Shown piece by piece: positions 48,385 through 56,357 of a stretch of DNA of 64,000 nt. Origin of the DNA: Limisphaerales bacterium. Lineage in GTDB: Bacteria; Verrucomicrobiota; Verrucomicrobiia; Limisphaerales; SIBE01. Both the position numbers and the translations under genes were made by a program. The notes under the pieces are model-generated. The model had not been told where the DNA came from. It saw nothing but the letters and a program-made list of their open reading frames with translations, and did not search any database. Numbering within the stretch: position 1 is the stretch's first letter; every line of letters begins with the position of its first letter. The DNA lies in assembly GCA_044225505.1 (NCBI GenBank), contig JBGAIN010000009.1:18592-82591 (forward strand), written 5' to 3'.

Positions 48385-49199
48385 AGACGGCGCGGGATAT
48401 CCTGGTGATTGACGACGAACCGGTCGTGCTGCAGGGCGTCGCGCGGATTTGTGGCAGCGAGGACCTTTCCGTCGACACGGCCGCTACCGGGCGAGCCGGC
48501 TTGGATTGCCTCGAGAAGTCTACCTACCGGTTGATTATCTGCGACATCATGATGGGCGATCTCGATGGATTTGAGTTTCTGGCTCAAGCCGGACGCCGCG
48601 GCAACGGTGCCCCCGTTGTCATGGCGACGGGCAATGCGACCGTTCAGAATGCGGTCCGCTCTCTCCGTTGCGGAGCCATCGACTACCTGTGCAAGCCGTT
48701 TACGGTGGATGAGCTCATGGCCGTCGTGACGCGCGGCCTGAATTATCAGGCGCTGCAAAACAGCGGCAAGGATGCGCTACCCGACGCGCGGTCCTGCCCC
48801 GCGCACTTCGCTCGCCTCGGATTCGTCAGTTGGGCGGCGACGGAATCCGAGGGAACGGTGCTCATGGGCGCGAATGAGATTTTTGTCAAAACACTGAAAG
48901 GCGTTCGAAGCGTCGAGCTCGTGCCTCCTGCTACCGAATTAATCCAGGGGACCGGTTGCGCGACCTTGGTCTCGGCCGACGGGCTCGCGCATGAGCTTCT
49001 TTGCCCCATGAGCGGGCAGGTGATCGAAACCCACGCCGAGATGGTGGTGCAGCCCGCGAAGATTGAAAAGGATCCATACGGGGCCGGTTGGCTCTATCGG
49101 ATCCTGCCGTCCGATTTAGAGTACAGCCTCAGAAATCTGACGACCCAGTCAAATTCACCGGGCCCCGAGAAAGTTTTTACCAAAGGAGAATCAACATGA
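48381..49199 (+). CDS. Response-regulator receiver fused to a GcvH-like (lipoyl/biotinyl-barrel) domain
   Basis: REC: DILVIDDEPVVLQG...LIICDIMMGDLDGFE...CGAIDYLCKPF. The C-terminal half aligns to the glycine-cleavage H pattern (...VELVPPATELIQGTGCATLVSADGLAHELLCPMSGQVIETHAEM...KDPYGAGWLYRI). The ATG overlaps the kinase stop (ATGA). Confidence 0.75.
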   Translation: MKTARDILVIDDEPVVLQGVARICGSEDLSVDTAATGRAGLDCLEKSTYRLIICDIMMGDLDGFEFLAQAGRRGNGAPVVMATGNATVQNAVRSLRCGAIDYLCKPFTVDELMAVVTRGLNYQALQNSGKDALPDARSCPAHFARLGFVSWAATESEGTVLMGANEIFVKTLKGVRSVELVPPATELIQGTGCATLVSADGLAHELLCPMSGQVIETHAEMVVQPAKIEKDPYGAGWLYRILPSDLEYSLRNLTTQSNSPGPEKVFTKGEST

Positions 49200-50356
49200 C
49201 TATCGGACTCTTCATTCTTTTCGCGCTCACTTGTTACCTGGCCGATTTAGCCGCACGCACGGTTCTGGAGCGATTTCGTGAGCAGCGGCACCGTCGCGAA
49301 CGCGAAGCGGCACTCGCGGAGGGCCTGAAACTCGACTTCACCCGCGAAGCCAAGACGCTCAAGCGGGTCGAGGTTAAAGAACCCATAGCGCACATTCTCT
49401 GTGTCGACGACGAAGACATCGTTCTGGATAGCTTCCGAAAAATTTTGGTTCCGGACGGCTATTCGGTCGATACCGTGCAGACGGGGCAGGAGGCGCTGGG
49501 GCTCATCCAAACACACCACTATGACTTTGTTTTCACCGACCTCCGGATGCCCGCCATGGATGGCGTTGAGTTGGTCAAGTCGGTGAAGCATATGCGCGGT
49601 GACATCGATGTGATCGTTATTACAGGATACGCCACCGTCGAGACGGCGGTGGAATGCATGAAGTTCGGCGCCATGGATTACGTGCAGAAGCCGTTCACGG
49701 AGGATGAGTTAAGAGCATTCACGAAAACTGCAGTGATTCGGCGTCAGGCCCGAATCGAAAGGCAATTGAAACCGACCATTCACATCACACACCGGACGCA
49801 CCCGGGGGAGGTGCCTGCCAGTGAATTCTCCATACCTGGCGGTGTCTTGATTTCCAAAGGCCATTGCTGGGCCAGTTTGGCGCCGGATGGCTCGGTAAAG
49901 GTGGGTATAGACGACTTTGCCAAGAAACTCGTCGGGCGCGTTGACGCCATCGAGTTGCCAAGCGTCGGTGCGACCGTGCGCGCCGGCCAACCCTTGTTCG
50001 TCGTTCGTCAGAAATCGCGGCGCATCCAATTCCTCGCCCCTGTCAGCGGCCGCGTGACTCAAGTGAACGAGGCTTTGAGCGAAATGACATCTAAATTGGA
50101 TGAGACTTCCTACCATCAACAGTGGATCGGAGAGATCCAAGGAGAGAACCTCGACGCCGAAATCCCAACGCTGAAGATTGGACGGTCCGCAGAGGTGCTG
50201 TTTCAGGAAGATATCGGGAGATTTATTGCCTTCATGCGGAATCTCGCCCAGTTGAAACGGAGCGAAGATACGTCGAGCAACGCTCTTTGCGTCGGTGCAC
50301 TCGAACAGTTGAATGATGAGCAATGGAATCAGGCCGCGCGGGAGTTCTTCGCCTGA
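49196..50356 (+). CDS. Membrane-anchored receiver + GcvH-like domain protein (paralogue of the previous gene)
   Basis: AAGGAG lies 6 nt upstream and the ATG overlaps the upstream stop (ATGA). TM helix MTIGLFILFALTCYLADLAA. REC: HILCVDDEDIVLDS...FVFTDLRMPAMDG...GAMDYVQKPF. GcvH-like: HCWASLAPDGSVKVGIDDFAKKLVGRVDAIELPSVGATVRAGQPLFVVRQKSRRIQFLAPVSGRVTQVNEAL. Confidence 0.75.
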   Translation: MTIGLFILFALTCYLADLAARTVLERFREQRHRREREAALAEGLKLDFTREAKTLKRVEVKEPIAHILCVDDEDIVLDSFRKILVPDGYSVDTVQTGQEALGLIQTHHYDFVFTDLRMPAMDGVELVKSVKHMRGDIDVIVITGYATVETAVECMKFGAMDYVQKPFTEDELRAFTKTAVIRRQARIERQLKPTIHITHRTHPGEVPASEFSIPGGVLISKGHCWASLAPDGSVKVGIDDFAKKLVGRVDAIELPSVGATVRAGQPLFVVRQKSRRIQFLAPVSGRVTQVNEALSEMTSKLDETSYHQQWIGEIQGENLDAEIPTLKIGRSAEVLFQEDIGRFIAFMRNLAQLKRSEDTSSNALCVGALEQLNDEQWNQAAREFFA

Positions 50357-50479
50357 AGTCGTGACAAGAGAAGCGGACCGTTCTCCGTAAGCACGGGTGT
50401 CGTAAACCCGGTCGAAAATTCCATTGTGCTAGCTGCAAATCATCGCGAAACAACGCTGTCTAAGTGGTGACATATTAAG

Positions 50480-50783
50480 TAATGCCATTCGGTAATTGCC
50501 TCCTGGCGCCCCGGATGGGGCAACTCGAGAATAGCTCGGCGTTTTAACGCCGAGGTTGAATGGGCGCGATTCCAAGTCCCGACGGGACGGCCGAGGACGT
50601 GGCATTGAACGGAAGAACCGGAGATAAAGCGGATCACAAGGTCGGTGAACCCAAACGCCCTTTCTCGCCGCACTCAGCGCCCCTCCGGGCTTGGGCCCTC
50701 TCACTTGAGCACCCGGCGCTAAAGCGACCGGGCTTCTTTCATTCTGTCCCTTCGGGACTGAAAAGAATTACCGAATGGCATTA
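50480..50783. repeat. 304-bp non-coding element bounded by perfect 18-bp inverted repeats (MITE-like element or structured RNA)
   Basis: TAATGCCATTCGGTAATT (50480-50497) pairs with AATTACCGAATGGCATTA (50766-50783). Internal GC-rich hairpins lie at 50535-50554, 50576-50588 and 50746-50758. Confidence 0.6.
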
Positions 50784-52085
50784 GACAAACTAAGATTTTG
50801 TTTCCATATGGGCTGACGAGAATGCTCTCCGGATCCACCATACTCTCTACTAAGGTAAGAGAAGACTCTCCCATCCGAACTTCGAGGCGCCGCGCCTCGC
50901 TTCTGGAAGACTTCCCAGTCGCCGTTTTTAAGAACAAGTCACGAGCGGCCCATTGGTCGCCACTCGTGCATTGGATCATGAAAATGGCCACCATTCCTGT
51001 GGCCGGGTTGACCGATAGATCCGTGCCATAGGCGCCATCACCGAACATGCCGTTGCGTAGGTGATAGCCCAGGGCTGTAATTGACCTTGGTTGCACCGGT
51101 CTGTCTTTCTGCAACTCTTCCATAGCGGCATGGGATAGGTATCGCTTGCCCTCCAATTCACCGTCGTTCGCCAGCAGGAGACCGTAGCGCATCATATCAT
51201 GGGTCGTAGAAAACAGGCCTCCGCCGGCTTCTGGAAAGCGATGAAGACGATCACCGTAGGGCTTGCTCAGAAAACTGATGCTGCCCCGCGAATACCCGTT
51301 TTTCTCCTTGTTCGGGCCGTAAGCACCGGCCAGACGAGCCAGCTGCGCGTCGCTTGGCCAAAACGTTGTGTCGTTCATGCCTAGCGGATCGAAGAAGCGC
51401 TTTTCCAGAAATTCTTCGTAAGGCATGCCGCTGACAATTTCCACAATGCGCGCGGCGATGTTCATGCCCTGATTGCCATAGGCGTATTTGTCGCCCGGCT
51501 GCCACTGGAGCGGGCCGGTGACCGAACTAAGCGCGCGGACCTTTAACGGAGTGCTGTCGGAGCCGGTCAATTGCTGGAGCTCAGACATGCCTGTCAATCC
51601 ACTGGTATGGCTTAAGAGATGCCGGATCGTGACGGGGCGGCTCAACGGTTTGAGCAGCACATGTGAGGAATCCTTTTCTTCCACCACCATCCATCTCTCG
51701 AGTTGAGGGATGAAACGGGTGACGGGATCGTCCAAGCTCAATTTGCCTTGGTCGACCAGCATTAGGATGGACGCGCCGGCAAACATCTTGGTCATGGAAG
51801 CGATCCAAACAGCTGGCTTTCATGCATCGGCAAGTTGGCCTCGACATCCGCATATCCTGCGATGTTTTTGAAATGAATCGCACCGGTCTTATCGGCTATG
51901 ATCGCGATGTATCCTGCCAATTTATAGCTGTCCAGGTAAGGCTGGAGGGCGGTCGCGACCTCCGGCTGGCGGGCGGAGGGTTTTGGTGGGCGATGTCGTC
52001 CGCGTTGATGAGCAAAGCAGAAAGTAATGACAGGAATACCGAATGCAATGGAAGGTGCTTCATACCGTTGGTTCGAGATAGACAA
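50719..52085 (-). pseudogene. Beta-lactamase-fold serine hydrolase split by a frameshift at the catalytic Ser codon
   Basis: ORF 51792-52085 ends ...MHESQLFGSLP*, and ORF 50719-51795 starts MTKMFAGASILMLVDQGKLSLDDPV. Restoring one base gives FGSL-S-MTK-MFAG, the SxxK motif. The 3' end of the ORF reads through the right inverted repeat of the 304-bp element. Confidence 0.7.
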
Positions 52086-52414
52086 GCATTTGAAAGCCGA
52101 ACAAGCGAAATCTGACTTTTTCTGGGCGCCCGGGCGTATCTTGACTTACCACCAGGGGATTTATCCCGCAGGAATGTCCGCAGGCACGACCGCGATCGCG
52201 AAGGATTCGAGCGCTGCTGGCCGCATCGGACGGTCCGGCGGACTCAAGTCCGCGCGCCAACAAAGGGTGGTACTGTCGAGATGCACCCTGGGCGCCCGGC
52301 GCTTGTTGCGAAGGAGTTGGTTGAAGGCGGGCGAATTTCGATGGATTATCGTGGTGAAGCCTATGGCCCTTCGAAGTTTGATCCGGTCGCGGGCCAGCGC
52401 CCCCCATTCTCACA

Positions 52415-54340
52415 TCACCGTTTCGGGGAATCTGCTGTCGATTGCAGGTCGCGGTCGAGGGACGCACCGTCAAAAGGAACCACGATGACTTTGCTGCCAT
52501 GACCGTCGTTGCCTTTCTCCTGCTCTTTTTCCACGTCAATCACGGCCAGGGTCAGGGCAGCGACATGCCCGTTTTCGATATACACCGAGGGCCGCTCGGC
52601 TTTATTCCAGTGATTCACGGTGCCGTTGCGGTAACGGACGATGGCTTCGCGAGGGTCGTAAGCCAAGCCGCGATTCGCCCAGTCATGAATGCCGTCGCGC
52701 GAGGTCAGGTGATATGCCGTCCGAGTGGACCAGGAGTTGACCACAATGTGATACAAGCCGCCGGAATACCAGATGCACGGATCTTCCAGGTTTGGGATTC
52801 CTTTGGGGAACACCGAAGGGCCCTGCGGCTTGTATGGACCCAGGATGCCTTTGTCGCTGAAGAAGATTCGGCCGTCGCGGGGCACGAACTCGAAGTTGCC
52901 ATCGGGACGAGCCATGATCGCGACATTGGACGCGTGCCACTTCGGTTCACCTTCAACCGTGATGGTGCCAAGATGCTCCCAAGGGCCGTCGAGTGACTTG
53001 GAGACGTAGACTTCGCAAGGGCGCGTTTCGCTGATGACAATGGCATAGCGGCCGTCAGGTAGGGTGAGCGCGGTCACATTGTGGCCCTTTCCGCTGTGGT
53101 CGTCAGGCCAACAAAGACCTTTGTCCACGTACGGCCCGAGCAGAGAATCGGACACGGCGTGAACGGCGACAGAACCGAACCAGCCGTCGTGACCTTTGGG
53201 TTCATCCCAGCGGCTGGCGAACATGTGAAATTTGCCGTCCGAGGCCTTGATAATCTGCCCGTCCCAGTAGCAGTACTTCTTCATCGTGGTGTCTTCCAGG
53301 CCGTTTCGGGTGTCGCGGGGAAGAACGTTGGACGCGCCCCAAGTCTCTCGCCCTAACTCGCCTTGCGGTGGTGTGGGGAGAAAATAGTTGATGAAAGGCT
53401 TCGACTCGCTCAGCCCGGGCGATTTGGGCTGCATCAGCACTGCCTCGCTCAGCCAAGCGACAAAACTCTCTTTCCATAGCGTGGCTGAGGCTCCGCGCCC
53501 TTCGCCCAGATCAAAACCATGGCTACCTTTTGAAAACACGTGCAATTCAGGATGCGCACCCGCTTTCAGCAGCGCCTGGTAGAGATCGACGCATCGGTTG
53601 GCCGGAGTTACTGTATCATCGGCGGCATTGATCAGGAAAATGGGCGGGATCCGCGTCGCCTTCGTCACCAGTTCGCTGAATTCTTCTCTCAGACCGGGGT
53701 AGAACAAACCGGCAAAATCAGGTTTGCCGCTGGCCTGCGGCGAATCCGAACCGAGCTCGGGCCGGAAGACGGCCTTGAGAGCAAGATTGCCGCCGGCCGA
53801 AAATCCACAGATCCCGATGGTCTTGAGATGCAAGTCCGCCGCTCGTGAGCGCAGGATCCGGATCGCCTGCTGCGCGTCGGCCAGCACGGCCGGATCGTAG
53901 ACGTCCGCCGGAAACTGCCTTCCGCCCCCGGGCGCATCTGCGTTGGTCCGATACTTTAGAACCAATGAGGTCACACCTTTCGCTTTCAGCCAGAGGGCGA
54001 GGTCATGGCCTTCGCGATCGAGCCAGACGTCCCGGTAGCCGCCGCCTGGGCAGATGACCAGGCCGACGCCCGTGGCGATGGCCTCGACCGCCTGGTGAAT
54101 GCTGTAGGTCGGCAACGTGACGAAGCTGTAGACCCGATTCGATCCCGAGGGAGACCCTTGGGGAGGTTGATTCTCGCGCACCGCCTCCGGAACATCGTAA
54201 CGGATCGGATTCTGAAAATTTGCTTCAGTCCAGAGCGGCTTTTCTTCGGGTAACGAAGCTGGCCGTGCCGTTGTGGGATGAAGCAAGGCCAAACCAGTGA
54301 CGCTCGCGATAACGGCAGACGACAGGAGGCGGCAGATCAT
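52415..54340 (-). CDS. Secreted bifunctional-looking protein: alpha/beta-hydrolase (esterase) + five-bladed-propeller GH43-like domain
   Basis: Signal peptide; esterase motifs VICPGGGY and GFSAGGNLAL. The C-terminal half (KFHMFASRW...GPYVDKG...GPWEHLG...LEDPCIWYSGGLYHIV) resembles the GH43/GH32 clan. Confidence 0.7.
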   Translation of the reverse strand: MICRLLSSAVIASVTGLALLHPTTARPASLPEEKPLWTEANFQNPIRYDVPEAVRENQPPQGSPSGSNRVYSFVTLPTYSIHQAVEAIATGVGLVICPGGGYRDVWLDREGHDLALWLKAKGVTSLVLKYRTNADAPGGGRQFPADVYDPAVLADAQQAIRILRSRAADLHLKTIGICGFSAGGNLALKAVFRPELGSDSPQASGKPDFAGLFYPGLREEFSELVTKATRIPPIFLINAADDTVTPANRCVDLYQALLKAGAHPELHVFSKGSHGFDLGEGRGASATLWKESFVAWLSEAVLMQPKSPGLSESKPFINYFLPTPPQGELGRETWGASNVLPRDTRNGLEDTTMKKYCYWDGQIIKASDGKFHMFASRWDEPKGHDGWFGSVAVHAVSDSLLGPYVDKGLCWPDDHSGKGHNVTALTLPDGRYAIVISETRPCEVYVSKSLDGPWEHLGTITVEGEPKWHASNVAIMARPDGNFEFVPRDGRIFFSDKGILGPYKPQGPSVFPKGIPNLEDPCIWYSGGLYHIVVNSWSTRTAYHLTSRDGIHDWANRGLAYDPREAIVRYRNGTVNHWNKAERPSVYIENGHVAALTLAVIDVEKEQEKGNDGHGSKVIVVPFDGASLDRDLQSTADSPKR

Positions 54341-54392
54341 GGCCCCAGACTCCCTCGCCGCGGAGATTCGTCAAGTTATCTTGCGACGCGGC

Positions 54393-54640
54393 TCAGAATT
54401 CCAGGGCGATCTTCCCAAAGTGGCCACCGGCCCGTGACCCCTGAATGGGTTGCGGCCATGTGCCTACGCCTCCAAGTTCGATCCGTGATCGCCGTTCGCT
54501 AACTCGGTCACTTCGGGGCCGACGCCTTCGACAATCCCCACTCCGTCGGACTCGGATCTCACCGCTTTTCGACGACCGGGATCGGGGCAGATCCACCCGG
54601 GGCATCGGCTCGAGCCGTGAAGGGAGTTCCGGTCTTATCG
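54393..54640 (-). pseudogene. Remnant of a medium-chain dehydrogenase/quinone oxidoreductase gene
   Basis: One frame gives ...SESDGVGIVEGVGPEVTELANGDH..., the N-terminal catalytic-domain signature, and ends in TAG. Another frame gives the typical C-terminus ...GGHFGKIALEF*. The roughly 250 codons in between are absent. Confidence 0.35.
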
Positions 54641-54760
54641 CCTTTATCAATTCCTGACTAAAGCCACACGAGAGCTCAACAAGCGCAGCATTGCCGACAA
54701 CTCAGTTTGCTTGATTCGCCTTATCGTCCTGCGCCTAAAGCCGGTGTGGTCCGTTCGTTG

Positions 54761-56023
54761 CTATTGTGAGGCTCTCCCCCCTTCCATAACGAGCCGGGAG
54801 AGGAGATAGAGGCGAGGGACCATGCTCGTTAAATCGGCGAATTCATCGGGTCCGTGACCGCCTCCGCCAACGAGTCCCAGTCCGTCGAGCGAAGGTGTAC
54901 CAACGCCCGCGGAAAAACCGCTGTCAGCTGCGCCACCTGCCCCCTCCATGCCGAGATCGCGGCCCAATTCGGCGTAGAGACGTTGCGCTTGAGCCGCCAG
55001 GGTTTCGGTTGCGGCATTCCGTGGCAGTGGAGGGAAGTTGCGCCGCAGTGTGGCTGCCACGTGCGTGTCGGGAATCAATTTGGTTTTCACGAGCTCAGCC
55101 AGATCCCGCTCTATTCGAGAAAACTCGTCGGTGGTCGCCGCACGGACGTCCGCCTTGGCAATCGCGTAGTTGGGGATGACATTTTCTCGGTCGCCCGACT
55201 GCACCACGGTGAGATTGACCGTGGTTAGCCGAGCTGGGGCTTCCAGTTTGCTCAACTGCAACGCTTGATGGGCTATTTCTAAAGCGGCATTTCGGCCAAG
55301 CTCAGGCGCATTGCCGGCGTGGGAGGATTTGCCCGTGGCGATGACCTCAATCACTGCGCTGCCCTTGCGCCAGACGATCACCTTGTCACCAACGCGACCG
55401 GCTTCGAGGTTAAACGCGACGTTGTGCTGGCGTGCAAGCGATTCGATCAGATCACGCGAACCGATCGAGCCGACTTCCTCGTTGCAGTTCAGCATGAAGG
55501 TAATGGTCGCGAAATCCCGAAAACTCAGATCATGAAGGATTCTCAAAACGTAAAGCCCGACCACGATGCCGCCTTTATCGTCGCAAACCCCGGGGCCATA
55601 AGCGCGCTGGCCCTCGATCCGAAACGGACGCACCTTTGCGGTCCCAGGCTGAAACACGGTGTCCATGTGGGCGATCAGCAAAACCTTGCCTTTTCCGGAG
55701 CCTTTGAAGGTTGCGACAATGTTCTTTCCAGCCATCGGAGTTGCGTTAAGCAATTCAATTTGCGCGCCGAGTGAGCTCAGTTCGGCGGTGAGAATATCCG
55801 CCAACTGGTTGAGGCCTTCCAGGTGTCCAGTGCCGCTGTCGATATTCACCAAGCGCTCGAGCAACTGGATTGCTGGTGCCTGATACTGTTCCGCTTTGGC
55901 GTAAAGCGCATCATCGCGGGTCGCGGCATCAAGTGACGGCAAAATCGCGCCGCTCACCGTCAAGACAAAGCACGCAAATTGTTTCGCAACCTTGTGGAAC
56001 CGCTGCATGGTAAGGAATGGCAT
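54761..56023 (-). CDS. M20-family metallopeptidase (glutamate carboxypeptidase/CPG2-like), secreted
   Basis: Signal-like N-terminus, then LLIAHMDTVF, GPGVCDDKGG, NCNEEVGS and HAGNAPE. Confidence 0.85.
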   Translation of the reverse strand: MPFLTMQRFHKVAKQFACFVLTVSGAILPSLDAATRDDALYAKAEQYQAPAIQLLERLVNIDSGTGHLEGLNQLADILTAELSSLGAQIELLNATPMAGKNIVATFKGSGKGKVLLIAHMDTVFQPGTAKVRPFRIEGQRAYGPGVCDDKGGIVVGLYVLRILHDLSFRDFATITFMLNCNEEVGSIGSRDLIESLARQHNVAFNLEAGRVGDKVIVWRKGSAVIEVIATGKSSHAGNAPELGRNAALEIAHQALQLSKLEAPARLTTVNLTVVQSGDRENVIPNYAIAKADVRAATTDEFSRIERDLAELVKTKLIPDTHVAATLRRNFPPLPRNAATETLAAQAQRLYAELGRDLGMEGAGGAADSGFSAGVGTPSLDGLGLVGGGGHGPDEFADLTSMVPRLYLLSRLVMEGGRASQ

Positions 56024-56357
56024 GGGTCGATGGGCGAGTTCTACGCGGCCTTAGGCCGCATTCATAGTGAAATCTGAACCAGTTCAACTGAGACGATCCC
56101 GGGCCTGGCGGCCAGCCAGGCGTCGACCGGCAGACCGACTTCGCTTTTGCTCGTCAGTGTTGAGAGACGCAATCCACTAGCGAGCTCTCTGGATTGGATC
56201 GATCGGATCCCACCCTCCACGCAGGTTTGCCAAGCAACCGCTGTTCAGTTGGCAAATTGGCACCAGAGCTGCCCCAGGGACCATTCCTGATCCGATTTCC
56301 CCGGCCACTTGCGGGTTCTGCTCCACGGCAGCAGCTACGAACTGGCCGAACGCTCGC

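Noticed and set aside
56258-56273. Good sigma-54-like motif TGGCAC-CAGAG-CTGCC on the plus strand
   Set aside because: It points into the 3' end of the minus-strand Kelch/Ig gene and no plus-strand ORF lies downstream. It is most likely a chance match, although an antisense transcript cannot be excluded.
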